Positions 8,992 through 18,668 of a stretch of 64,000 nucleotides of DNA are shown here, in pieces. The notes below the pieces were generated by a model. That model did not search any database. It was not told the origin of the DNA and saw nothing but the letters and a program-made list of their open reading frames with translations. The stretch comes from a bacterium. Lineage in GTDB: Bacteria > UBP14 > UBA6098 > B30-G16. The first letter of the stretch is position 1. Each line of letters starts with the position of its first letter. Where the stretch lies: positions 5,718 to 69,717 of the forward strand of contig JAUWMV010000010.1 of assembly GCA_030613005.1 (NCBI GenBank). Direction: 5' to 3'. Made by a program: the position numbers and the translations under genes.

Positions 8992-11958
8992 CTATTTGGG
9001 TTTAATTTGCAAAAACCCATTACCAATCGATAATATCCAATAGCCGATACTTGGTTCAATAGCATCCGGTTCTACGACAATATAAAGCTTCGACTCACAA
9101 TCCCATCGGAAAATACTCGATGGAACAATAAGGTCCGGTGGTTCAGTAGTGAATTCAGCGGGTCCATTGATTGCACCTACAAGGTTCCAACCTTTAACAA
9201 TAGGAATAATTGTTTCATTTACTGGAACACCACCAATTGTAATAGATTTATCTGCAGTAGAATAAATCCAGAAACCCTGACCTGCCTGCGTTCGTGAAAC
9301 GATATAGAAATTTCTTAGAACAGGATTATAAGCGAACGGTCCAGCGAAGATTTCATCAAAGCTTTCTGTCCAATTAGGCATATTTATTACAACTGGCGAA
9401 GAAAGAAGGTTCCAACCATTACATAGATCAAGATATGTTGCACCCGGTTCAGGTTGCGAGTATTCAATAACAAGATTTTCATTAGCGGAATAGAAATAAA
9501 TCGAATCTTCTCTCATATCGATATAGTTATTAAGAGTAAAAATACCGTCGGGCCAAAGTCTGGGATCCCAATATAGCGAACCAGGATTTTCGACTGTCAT
9601 TACAATCCATGTGCTTGGTATAGAGCTTATATTTCTTAAATCCCTTTCTAATCTTGTAATATGAGGATAGAGAGGATCATCGATCCAAATATAAACTTCG
9701 GTCAACTCAGGTGTCGTTGGTGATGAAAATATATCCATTAATGGATCATAACCATCTGTAGCTGAATAGTTGCAACCTATTGTCATTACATTCCTATCGA
9801 GATATCCTCCAGTAGGATCGAAACCATGGAAAATAAGATGCTGCATCCATGAAACTGTATTCCATCTTACAAAAATTGTAGCATCGTCGGAGTAATATCC
9901 TACTGTCCCATCGAGCAGTATCGCTGTGTCGATAAGCATTGGAGTGAAGGAAGCACCGGGAGCACTATTATTTATTAGAAGTTCAATGTCGATGAATTTA
10001 ATGTTCCGTAACATTGGGGTTATATTATTGCCGTCGATAAGCAAATAACCACTTCTTGAAGCATCAAAGTTTACTGTAAAACCATCTGCAGCTGTGCCAT
10101 CTGTTTTAACATCGAGAACCGAGACGATTTCAGGATTAAATTTTATTCCAATTGAGAAATCTGTAATAGAGAATCTAAACGGATCATCGCAATATAATGA
10201 GTACTTTACAGTAGTTCCAGGTTCCAAGGTCGTATCTCTAAAGTATAAGTAAAGATTGTCGACGAAGAAATTCCAGCATATATTAGATTCATTAGGACCA
10301 CAGTAATCATTCGTAACATTGTCCGCAGCGTAAACACACACATTGATCGTGTCACCCTTACCCCAGTTGTAGATACCGATCGGATGTAAACTAAATTCTC
10401 CATCCTCAAAAGTTACTGCTGGATCATCGATTCCATACTCATCGTCATTAACAGTCATTTTAATGCTTGAATTATCCAATCCTGATAGTAGATCGCTTAT
10501 ATTAACTGAAATAATTTCGGGCACTGAACCAAGTATTATGTTATCGAGTGGATAAACATTTTCAAGTATCGGTGGATCAAGGTCGAGCCTAAACCAATTA
10601 GTTATAGGAGCAGATAATGTACAACCACCTAAATCGTAAACATCGAGCAAACCATAATCGATTCTTTCTCCTGAGAAGAACTGCCCAGAATCGGGAGTGA
10701 AAGTTAAAATGCTGTCCTCGAATTCTAATCGCGGATCGGTGTTTGGGTCATAAATTTCACCGTCAACAGCAAATTCAATCGTTGATACATTAATACCTGC
10801 ATCATCATCTATTAATGCAATTCGAATTTCCTGAGGATCGCAGCCGCTCCAGACTCCAGTCTCAGGCCATATATTGTGAGCTTCAACAGGGGAACAGGCA
10901 CAATTTGGAATATACATGCATCCAGCACCTCGAACACTATGCATTGCAGATGAGGCATCAATTGTGAAGCACCCTTCTGCACCAATGCAACCCTGGGTGT
11001 AGTTTATCCTCCATACAAAATGTGCAGTATCTCCCGGTAAGATACTATCGCTTAGAACAGGATTTTGACCTCGTAATATCCTAATGCAAAATCCGGTCGA
11101 TAAATATGAAGCAATTCTTTGCTTGTATGGTGTGTTGTTTGCAACGTAACCTTCGATAAGCTGGAATATACCCAGTTTATCGAGCATGGAGTTATAAATT
11201 GATGAAAAACTTGTACCAAGCCGGAACCATTGTCCACCAGTGCTCTCCGCAACAGACCTATACCATTCTTCACAATAACCGTGTGGAAGCCTCATACAAT
11301 GAGTAGTATAAAGGGATGAACCTGTTACTGTAAATAGCATAAATGCACCATCCATAAGCTTATGCATTATCGTATCAGGATTTACACCTGATGTGCAATA
11401 CTCGGCACAGATTGAAGAATCCACACAGAATGGAGCATCGGTAAGAAGAATAATAACTCTCAATGCTCCAGATCTCCAGTGAATTGAGTCCATAGCTGCA
11501 TTTATCGCATCTAATGCCATCTCAGGTCCGTCGTCACCCTCTCCTGAACCTATTGGAGCCATCCAAGAATGAAATGTATCGATATTAGTCGTACAATCAT
11601 ACCCATGTGGAAAATTTTGCCCGTCGCCATAAGTAACAACATTCAAAGCATAATCGTAACCTGTAGCCTCCATAGTGTCAGCGAACTCCCTAATATTTGC
11701 CACTGCACCGACAATGTATCTGTACATGCTGCCCGTTGTATCGAGTACGAATACGATATCTACATTACCTGTATCCTGAGTACAGGTGATATCGAGTCTA
11801 AAGAATCCTGAATCCGAGAGCTCAAATGGATGAGTTATGCCCTTTCGGATTAGGTTAATTCCAATGATATCCAGCCCATAGTTATCTGGTGGATTATCCT
11901 TAGCGGTTACCATTGAAATAATTAATACGGGTAAAATCAACCATACCAATTTCCTCAC
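8992..11958 (-). CDS. Large secreted von Willebrand factor A (vWA) domain protein
   Basis: Signal peptide. MIDAS-like DIVFVLDTTGSM near the N-terminus. 988 aa Cys-rich extracellular-type composition. No clear T9SS CTD. Confidence 0.6.
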   Translation of the reverse strand: MRKLVWLILPVLIISMVTAKDNPPDNYGLDIIGINLIRKGITHPFELSDSGFFRLDITCTQDTGNVDIVFVLDTTGSMYRYIVGAVANIREFADTMEATGYDYALNVVTYGDGQNFPHGYDCTTNIDTFHSWMAPIGSGEGDDGPEMALDAINAAMDSIHWRSGALRVIILLTDAPFCVDSSICAEYCTSGVNPDTIMHKLMDGAFMLFTVTGSSLYTTHCMRLPHGYCEEWYRSVAESTGGQWFRLGTSFSSIYNSMLDKLGIFQLIEGYVANNTPYKQRIASYLSTGFCIRILRGQNPVLSDSILPGDTAHFVWRINYTQGCIGAEGCFTIDASSAMHSVRGAGCMYIPNCACSPVEAHNIWPETGVWSGCDPQEIRIALIDDDAGINVSTIEFAVDGEIYDPNTDPRLEFEDSILTFTPDSGQFFSGERIDYGLLDVYDLGGCTLSAPITNWFRLDLDPPILENVYPLDNIILGSVPEIISVNISDLLSGLDNSSIKMTVNDDEYGIDDPAVTFEDGEFSLHPIGIYNWGKGDTINVCVYAADNVTNDYCGPNESNICWNFFVDNLYLYFRDTTLEPGTTVKYSLYCDDPFRFSITDFSIGIKFNPEIVSVLDVKTDGTAADGFTVNFDASRSGYLLIDGNNITPMLRNIKFIDIELLINNSAPGASFTPMLIDTAILLDGTVGYYSDDATIFVRWNTVSWMQHLIFHGFDPTGGYLDRNVMTIGCNYSATDGYDPLMDIFSSPTTPELTEVYIWIDDPLYPHITRLERDLRNISSIPSTWIVMTVENPGSLYWDPRLWPDGIFTLNNYIDMREDSIYFYSANENLVIEYSQPEPGATYLDLCNGWNLLSSPVVINMPNWTESFDEIFAGPFAYNPVLRNFYIVSRTQAGQGFWIYSTADKSITIGGVPVNETIIPIVKGWNLVGAINGPAEFTTEPPDLIVPSSIFRWDCESKLYIVVEPDAIEPSIGYWILSIGNGFLQIKPK

Positions 11959-12062
11959 AATAAACCTCCTTTTTTATAGTATTATAAATATTGTGTATAT
12001 TAGCTTATAAAGCAATTATATTTTTAAATATATATTTTCTTAATCGAAAAAATAAGTAAAAA

Positions 12063-12908
12063 TTATAGAATAATTTCCTTATGACGAGCTGCATGGCAAT
12101 TCAAATTTACAGCAGCAGGGAACGTAGCTATATGAAGAGGGTATTGCTCGATAAAAACTTCCAGTGCTGTAGTTCTTCCACCCAAACCCATCGGTCCAAT
12201 TCCTAAATTGTTAATTTCAACTAATAGTTCTTGTTCAATTTGTGCGTAAAATGGATCTTCATTACGCTGGCCAATATTTCTTAAAAGAGATTTTTTTGCA
12301 AGCCATGCACATTTTTCAAAAGTTCCGCCAACTCCGACACCAACAACAACTGGCGGACATGGATTTCCGCCACTTTGCTCTACTGTTTCTATAACAAAAT
12401 TCTTAAATCCTTCAACACCATCAGCGGGTTTTAGCATTTTAATTCTGCTCATATTTTCGCTACCACCACCCTTAGGAGCAACGATTATTTTGAGTTGATC
12501 TCCCGGTACAATATCGAACCAAATCACAGGTGGTGTATTATCACCACTATTAGGTGATCTCTTAAGTGGGTCGATTAGAATGCTTTTTCTTAAATAACCC
12601 TCCGTGTAACCTTTTGCTATACCTTTGCTGATTGCATCTTTGATATCTCCATTAACTTTGACATCTTGCCCAATTTCTACGAAAACAACTGCAAATCCAG
12701 TGTCTTGGCAAATAGGCATTTGTTCGTCAGATGCTATGTCCTGATTTTCTAATATCTGATCGATTATAGTTTTGCCAACTTCTGATTCTTCCAATTCCCG
12801 CATTTTTTTTATTTGCGATCGGACATCATCAGGTATATAGAAATTTGCATCCATAGAAAGTTTTGCAACAGCTTGTGTTATCTGTTCGATTTCAATTATT
12901 CTCATCAC
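12063..12908 (-). CDS. Fe-S hydro-lyase, tartrate/fumarate family, alpha subunit (class I fumarate hydratase alpha / TtdA-like)
   Basis: CQDTGFAVVFVEIGQDV motif and ~280 aa length typical of the FumA N-terminal / TtdA family. No beta subunit adjacent. Confidence 0.75.
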   Translation of the reverse strand: MMRIIEIEQITQAVAKLSMDANFYIPDDVRSQIKKMRELEESEVGKTIIDQILENQDIASDEQMPICQDTGFAVVFVEIGQDVKVNGDIKDAISKGIAKGYTEGYLRKSILIDPLKRSPNSGDNTPPVIWFDIVPGDQLKIIVAPKGGGSENMSRIKMLKPADGVEGFKNFVIETVEQSGGNPCPPVVVGVGVGGTFEKCAWLAKKSLLRNIGQRNEDPFYAQIEQELLVEINNLGIGPMGLGGRTTALEVFIEQYPLHIATFPAAVNLNCHAARHKEIIL

Positions 12909-12947
12909 TAATCCTTTCTTTTAACCTGAGTTTTACTATTGTTAATT

Positions 12948-13625
12948 TTATGCATCAGATTTATCTGGTGTCTCATTGTATTTAAAAAGTTCATCTATCA
13001 GAATTTCAATACCTTTGCATGCTTTATAAAGGCTTGAATTTGGTGAAGTGCCGGGGGTAGATATAATCTTCGACTTTTCATCTAAGATAACTTCATCCGG
13101 CTTGACTTTCAGCACGTCGGCTCCCATTTTCTTTAAAACCTCGATAATTTCGACATCTTCACCTATAGTTAAGATTGGTTCTGTAATGTTTCGCAGTAAA
13201 ACGGCTAATAATGCACCACCATATCCAATAGAAGCGATATACTTATTCCTAGAGAAAAGGGATATTACAAGTTCTCGAAGTTCCGGAAGAAATTGGGCTT
13301 CGGTTCCATCTCGCAAAAGTGAGGAAAAAACTGTAACTACACCTCTCCCACCCGGAATTATTAAAGTATCTAAGTCGTTTGAATCAATTTGATCTAAATA
13401 ATAAACTTCCCCACGGACCATCATTTTTGCTTCGTTTAAATAATTCCTTTTAGGTTCTGATTTACGTCTGGGACCCGGTATATTCTTTTCTATTCCTTCT
13501 CTTGGGGCAATAGGAATCGGCTTAGCGTTACACCTTTCAAGTTCTTTCAGAACATACGAAATATCCCAAACGGATGTACCTCTGTGAAATCCTATACCAG
13601 AAATTAATAATCCTACAGTCTTCAA
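12948..13625 (-). CDS. DJ-1/PfpI family protein, ElbB-like glyoxalase
   Basis: KTVGLLISGIGFHRGTSVWDISYVLKELER aligns to the ElbB N-terminus (MKKIGVILSGCGVYDGSEIHE...). LIIPGG and SIGYGGALLA motifs. Probable TTG start at 13625 with a GGAGG Shine-Dalgarno 5 nt upstream. The ORF-track start at 13697 is probably too long. Confidence 0.6.
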   Translation of the reverse strand: MKTVGLLISGIGFHRGTSVWDISYVLKELERCNAKPIPIAPREGIEKNIPGPRRKSEPKRNYLNEAKMMVRGEVYYLDQIDSNDLDTLIIPGGRGVVTVFSSLLRDGTEAQFLPELRELVISLFSRNKYIASIGYGGALLAVLLRNITEPILTIGEDVEIIEVLKKMGADVLKVKPDEVILDEKSKIISTPGTSPNSSLYKACKGIEILIDELFKYNETPDKSDA

Positions 13626-13872
13626 TATAACCTCCAAAAAAGAAATAAATCTCGATAAATTAAACACACAAGAATATTTTTCCGAATAAAATAACAAAGC
13701 AGATGCACGATTTGCTAATGATGAAAATTAAAATAAACACGTAAGTTCATTTGACAATTGTAATTTATGCTTGACAGAGCTAATTAAATCTCCATTTTCC
13801 TCTTGACAAAACAGACTATCAATCGCTTTTTCAAAACTCACAGAGTCTTAAGAGAACAAAAAGGGGTTAAAT

Positions 13873-14328
13873 ATGGCCATTACGGCTAAAATACAGAAAA
13901 CACCACTTCCAGGGGTTAATGAAATTGAACGCAAATGGTATGTTGTAGATGCAAAAGGCAAAATTCTCGGAAGATTTGCATCTGAAATAGCCAAAATAAT
14001 TCGAGGTAAAAACAAACCAGTTTTTACTCCTCATCTTGATACTGGAGATTTCGTTATTGTTATTAATGCAAAGGATGTCAGATTATCCGGAAAGAAACTT
14101 GATCAAAAAGAATATAGATGGTACACCGGATATCCCAGTGGGCTTAGGTCTATCAAATATCGAGACTTATTAAAAACGAATCCTCGCAGAATCATAATGC
14201 ATGCAGTTTGGGGAATGCTACCTCATAATAGGCTTGGCAGAAAGCTTTTGAAAAAGCTGAAAGTTTATGAGGATGAAAATCATCCTCATGCTGCACAGAA
14301 ACCAGAACCTATCGATATCAAGACATAG
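13873..14328 (+). CDS. rplM: 50S ribosomal protein L13
   Basis: Canonical L13 sequence ([15 protein letters not shown]...). Confidence 0.95.
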   Translation: MAITAKIQKTPLPGVNEIERKWYVVDAKGKILGRFASEIAKIIRGKNKPVFTPHLDTGDFVIVINAKDVRLSGKKLDQKEYRWYTGYPSGLRSIKYRDLLKTNPRRIIMHAVWGMLPHNRLGRKLLKKLKVYEDENHPHAAQKPEPIDIKT

Positions 14329-14465
14329 TGAGTGCAGCTCAATCTTGAATTAATTTGAGTCTTTCCGAACGATTTGATTTATTAAACAAATAGTGCATTT
14401 GAAAATAATATTCGCTTAATCAAAGATTATTTGGACAAATACATTGAAAATAAAATAGAGGAAAA

Positions 14466-14861
14466 ATGACAAAAGTAGAATTTTACGCAACAGGAAGAAG
14501 GAAGAGATCTATAGCCAAGGTATGGTTATTCCCAAACGGCAGCGGACGAACGGTAATCAACGGGAAGAAACCCATGCAGTTTTTCTGCAGAGAGGACCTT
14601 GTTATTCACATTATTGGTCCATTAAGAGTTACCGACGTGGAGGGAAAGTTCGACATAAAAGCAAAGGTACACGGAGGTGGAATAACCGGACAGGCTGGAG
14701 CTATTAGGTTGGGTATTGCGAGAGCACTTCTTAAATCAAATGCTGATTTCAGAAAGTCATTACGTACAAGTGGGTATCTGACCAGAGATTCCAGAGTAGT
14801 GGAAAGGAAGAAATACGGTCGACCTAAAGCTCGAAAGAGATTCCAATTTTCTAAAAGGTAA
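14466..14861 (+). CDS. rpsI: 30S ribosomal protein S9
   Basis: Canonical S9 C-terminus ([19 protein letters not shown]...[25 protein letters not shown]). Confidence 0.95.
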   Translation: MTKVEFYATGRRKRSIAKVWLFPNGSGRTVINGKKPMQFFCREDLVIHIIGPLRVTDVEGKFDIKAKVHGGGITGQAGAIRLGIARALLKSNADFRKSLRTSGYLTRDSRVVERKKYGRPKARKRFQFSKR

Positions 14862-15110
14862 TTATAAAAAAATTCTCACACTATGCTTATTTCGCTGGGG
14901 TCTCTGTTTATTTAGACTTTTATAATCATCGTAGCAGGTAACTAAGTACTATCAGCTAGAAAAACATTCACGTAGCTTAACTTTGTTATCTATTACAGTC
15001 GTCAATTCGATCGATAAACTTGATTATGAAAACTGAATAAATGGGGTTGCGAAAGATTAGAGCACAGTGGAGGCAAACCCCAAATGGCCTATAGGCTGCA
15101 GGAGGAATGT

Positions 15111-16295
15111 ATGTTTAATGTACCAATTGAGAAATTATTAGAGTCGGGTGTGCACTTTGGACACCAAAAAAGTCGATGGAATCCTAATATGAAGCAATAT
15201 ATATTCGGGGTTCGAAGTAGTATTCACATGATCGATCTTCGTAAAACTTTATTATTACTAAAAGAATCCTATGAAATTCTTCGAAGATACGCTTCTCAAG
15301 GCTCTAATATTTTATTTGTAGGTACTAAAAAGCAAATTAAAGATATTATCGCAAACGAAGCCCAACGAGGTCAAGTCTACTGGGTTTCAGAGCGATGGTT
15401 GGGTGGTATGCTGACAAATTTCCGAACAATAAGGCAAAGCGTGCAGAAACTCCGCCAGGTTGAAAGAATGATTGAAGATGGCACGATAAATCAATTAACC
15501 AAGAAGGAAGCGAATATTGTTCGAAAAAAACGAGAAAAGCTTAATAGAGTTCTGGAAGGTGTTCGGGATATGGATCGTGTACCTGATATAATTTTCATTG
15601 TTGATATATCCCACGAGAAAACTGCATTAGCCGAAGCGAAAAAACTTGGGATTCCAGTAATCGCAATTGTCGATACGAATTGCGATCCGACACCAATAGA
15701 TCATCCAATTCCTGGAAATGATGACGCAATCAAATCCGTTCAGCTGATCACTTCGGTTTTAATCGATGCGGTATTAGAAGGTAAAACCGGTGCATTTGTT
15801 ACTTCTACCTTTGCTCAAGCGGAAAAGCATGAAAAAGTTGGGAAAGTTGTTGAAATTTCAGGTGATATTATCGAGGAAAAAACCGCAGAGATACGCTCCA
15901 CAAAAGGGAAAACTAAACCGATTAAAGAAGAAAAACACGTAACAACGAAAGAGAAAATTCCTACAAAAAAAGAAGAAACTATAAAGAAAAAGAAACCTTC
16001 TGTAAAAAAGGAAAAAATTTCTGAAAAAGAAGAGAAACCACCATCCAAAGCTGAACAACTCCCAGAAAAAGAGGAGAAACCACCATCCAAAGTTGAACAA
16101 CTCCCAAAAAAAGAAGAAATTATTATTGCTAAAGAGAATGTAACAAGTAAAGAAATTATTATACCTAAAACAAAACCCAAATCTGAAGAAAAAGCAGAAA
16201 CAGCACCTATAGCAAAGAAAACAAAGGATAAAATAGATAAGAAACCAGAAGATAAAACAGAGAAAAAGAAAACTGAGGAAAGCAAACCTAAATAA
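15111..16295 (+). CDS. rpsB: 30S ribosomal protein S2 with ~150-aa Lys/Glu-rich C-terminal extension
   Basis: LLESGVHFGHQKSRWNPNM... S2 core. ATG at 15111 has a GGAGGA Shine-Dalgarno. The ORF-track start at 15084 is probably too early. The tail is low-complexity K/E/P-rich. Confidence 0.9.
   Translation: MFNVPIEKLLESGVHFGHQKSRWNPNMKQYIFGVRSSIHMIDLRKTLLLLKESYEILRRYASQGSNILFVGTKKQIKDIIANEAQRGQVYWVSERWLGGMLTNFRTIRQSVQKLRQVERMIEDGTINQLTKKEANIVRKKREKLNRVLEGVRDMDRVPDIIFIVDISHEKTALAEAKKLGIPVIAIVDTNCDPTPIDHPIPGNDDAIKSVQLITSVLIDAVLEGKTGAFVTSTFAQAEKHEKVGKVVEISGDIIEEKTAEIRSTKGKTKPIKEEKHVTTKEKIPTKKEETIKKKKPSVKKEKISEKEEKPPSKAEQLPEKEEKPPSKVEQLPKKEEIIIAKENVTSKEIIIPKTKPKSEEKAETAPIAKKTKDKIDKKPEDKTEKKKTEESKPK
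16023..16106 (+). repeat. 42-bp tandem direct repeat x2 inside the rpsB 3' region (encodes EKEEKPPSK[A/V]EQLP twice)
   Basis: Two adjacent 42-nt units differing at 3 positions, read directly from sequence. Confidence 0.85.
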
Positions 16296-16341
16296 TATAC
16301 TCTTTTAGATAAATTATAAATTCGAATATTTGGAGGAAAAA

Positions 16342-17214
16342 ATGGCTGATATTCCAGCGAAACTTGTGAAACAATTAAGAGATATGACGTGTGCGGGAAT
16401 GATGGATTGTAAAAAAGCATTAATTGAGACAAAAGGAAATATTGAAGTGGCAGTGGAATTTCTCCGCAAAGCCGGTATTGCAAAAGCTGCAAAAAAAATT
16501 GATCGTGAAACAAAAGAAGGTCGAATCGAGGCAACAATAAGCTTTAGCAGTAAGAAAGGTGCTCTTCTTCTTTTAGCAGCAGAAACTGATTTTGTTGCAA
16601 AGAATGAGAAATTTATTGAAATGGCGAAAATGCTTTCTAACCTCACAGTTGAAAAAGAGATCGATAACATCGAGGATCTTAAAGCTTTAAAAATCAACGA
16701 ATCTAACATCGAGGATGAGATAAAACACTTGATCTCCAAAATAGGTGAAAATATTGCACCACGAAAACTGAAATACTATCATGCTTCAGATAACGGATTA
16801 GTTCATGCATATATTCATCCCGGCAATAAGGTTGCGGTATTAATTCAGCTTGAATCAACTTCATCGGAAGCAGCGAATAGCTCCGAAATAAAAAGTTTAG
16901 CGAAGGAACTTGCTATGCAGATTGCATTCTCAAAACCTATGGCAATTTCGCATGAGAATATCCCACATGAAATTATAGATAAGGAAAGGGAAATATATCA
17001 CGATCAAGCAATACAACAGGGAAAACCGGAAAAGGCAATTGAGAAAATTATTGAGGGAAAACTCAGGAAATTCCTGAAACAGAATTGTCTTCTCGAACAA
17101 GATTATATCCGAGAATCTGATTTGTCTTGCAGTGCACTAATTGACAAGGTTAGTAAAGATTTGGATACAAAAATTGAAATTAAGCGATTTGATAGATTCG
17201 AAGTTGGGGCATAG
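16342..17214 (+). CDS. tsf: Elongation factor Ts
   Basis: N-terminal UBA-like AKLVKQLRDMTCAGMMDCKKAL. Start at ATG 16342 after a GGAGGA Shine-Dalgarno. Conserved position after rpsB. Confidence 0.9.
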   Translation: MADIPAKLVKQLRDMTCAGMMDCKKALIETKGNIEVAVEFLRKAGIAKAAKKIDRETKEGRIEATISFSSKKGALLLLAAETDFVAKNEKFIEMAKMLSNLTVEKEIDNIEDLKALKINESNIEDEIKHLISKIGENIAPRKLKYYHASDNGLVHAYIHPGNKVAVLIQLESTSSEAANSSEIKSLAKELAMQIAFSKPMAISHENIPHEIIDKEREIYHDQAIQQGKPEKAIEKIIEGKLRKFLKQNCLLEQDYIRESDLSCSALIDKVSKDLDTKIEIKRFDRFEVGA

Positions 17215-17358
17215 CTAGCGATTAATCGCACATTGGATAATTTAACTTTTAGTGTTGTTATGAAAACTCTATTAATTATTCTCTAATAACTATCGCAAAT
17301 TAAAACCTATTAATTACGGTCTATTACCCAAGAAACTTTAAAGATATAAAGGTTAATA

Positions 17359-18069
17359 ATGACTCCAAAATATAAACGAATATTGTTAAAACTCTCCGGT
17401 GAAATGCTGGGTGGACCAAAAGGTTATGGCATCGATCCTGAAACGATAAGTCGACTAGCTCAAGAAATCGAACAAGTATATAGAAATGGTGTTGAAATTG
17501 CTATTGTTGTCGGTGGTGGAAATATTTTCCGAGGACTTTCTGGTACGGAATTGGGCTATGACCGTGTGGCTGGTGATTATATGGGAATGCTATCAACAGT
17601 TATAAATGCTCTAGCATTACAGGTTGTTTTAGAGAACACCGGTGTTTATACAAGGGTTCTATCTGCAATAATTGTACAACAAGTCTGCGAGCAATACATC
17701 CGCCGAAGAGCTATCCGGCACTTGGAAAAGGGAAGAGTTATTATTCTCGCAGGTGGTACAGGAAATCCTTATTTTACTACGGATACCGCAGCCTCACTAA
17801 GAGCCGTGGAAATTAATGCCGATATAATCCTAAAGGGCACGAAAGTGGATGGCATTTATACAGATGATCCTGTTAAAAATCCTAAAGCTGTGAAATTTGA
17901 GCATATAACATTTCAAGAAGTTCTAACCAAAAACCTTAGAATTATGGACGCAACTGCAATAGCTATGTCGAAAGAAAATAATATTCCTATTATGGTTTTC
18001 AAAATAACCACACCTGGAAACTTAATGCGTATTATTTCCGGAGATAATATCGGAACATTGGTCGATTAA
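17359..18069 (+). CDS. pyrH: UMP kinase
   Basis: [14 protein letters not shown]...[11 protein letters not shown] motifs. Conserved rpsB-tsf-pyrH order. Confidence 0.95.
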   Translation: MTPKYKRILLKLSGEMLGGPKGYGIDPETISRLAQEIEQVYRNGVEIAIVVGGGNIFRGLSGTELGYDRVAGDYMGMLSTVINALALQVVLENTGVYTRVLSAIIVQQVCEQYIRRRAIRHLEKGRVIILAGGTGNPYFTTDTAASLRAVEINADIILKGTKVDGIYTDDPVKNPKAVKFEHITFQEVLTKNLRIMDATAIAMSKENNIPIMVFKITTPGNLMRIISGDNIGTLVD

Positions 18070-18107
18070 GCAAGCATCCTAACACCTCATCACTTTTCAA
18101 AGCTTAA

Positions 18108-18668
18108 TTATCTGTTATGTCGAAGAATCCTTTTAGCACCAAAATACTTGCTTCTCCAATATTTATCGCTCATATCTGTAACAACAACACCTTTACTTCG
18201 GGATGCATGAGTAAACTTTCCATTTCCAACATAAATTCCAATATGATCTGGATTCTTTGAAGTTCCTGTTCTGAAAAAAACCAGATCACCAATTTTTAGA
18301 TTCTTTTTCTCTAATGGCCAACCCAACTTCCACATCTCCGAAGTGGATCGAGGTAGCTGCATGGAAATAGAATTAGAAAAGACCGCTGAAACGAATCCAG
18401 AACAATCCATTCCATTCTTATCTATTCCACCGATTTTATATGGTGTGCCCAAGAAATCGTTAACCACAGCAATTATTCTGTCGCTACTTTCATTTGAGAA
18501 TTCCAAAGGTTTCGATTTGTCTTTTGGAGGCACAATCTCATGCCTAATTCTGTATCTCGGATTAGGAGTACAACCCACCAATAAAACAATCGAAAGAAAA
18601 AGAAAAGCTTGAAAGAAATTCTTGTTATGTGCCAAGTGTCCAACTTGCAAGGTACTCTCGTTGTTCAT
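18108..18668 (-). CDS. NlpC/P60 (C40) family peptidoglycan endopeptidase lipoprotein
   Basis: Lipobox LLVGC. GMDCSGFV catalytic Cys motif and HIGIYVGNGKFTHAS His motif. Start is uncertain: as called it overlaps the ahcY 3' end by 44 nt. Confidence 0.7.
   Translation of the reverse strand: MNNESTLQVGHLAHNKNFFQAFLFLSIVLLVGCTPNPRYRIRHEIVPPKDKSKPLEFSNESSDRIIAVVNDFLGTPYKIGGIDKNGMDCSGFVSAVFSNSISMQLPRSTSEMWKLGWPLEKKNLKIGDLVFFRTGTSKNPDHIGIYVGNGKFTHASRSKGVVVTDMSDKYWRSKYFGAKRILRHNR

Noticed and set aside
16021-16110. Possible CRISPR-like spaced repeats
   Set aside because: The only short direct repeats found are the 42-bp tandem coding repeat in rpsB and the three islet repeats. None has regular repeat-spacer periodicity, and there are no cas genes.
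15815-16739. Two long minus-strand ORFs (240 aa and 141 aa) overlapping rpsB and tsf
   Set aside because: They are antisense to well-supported conserved genes. They have poly-F/S/L low-complexity translations that mirror the Lys/Glu-rich S2 tail on the opposite strand, and no Shine-Dalgarno.
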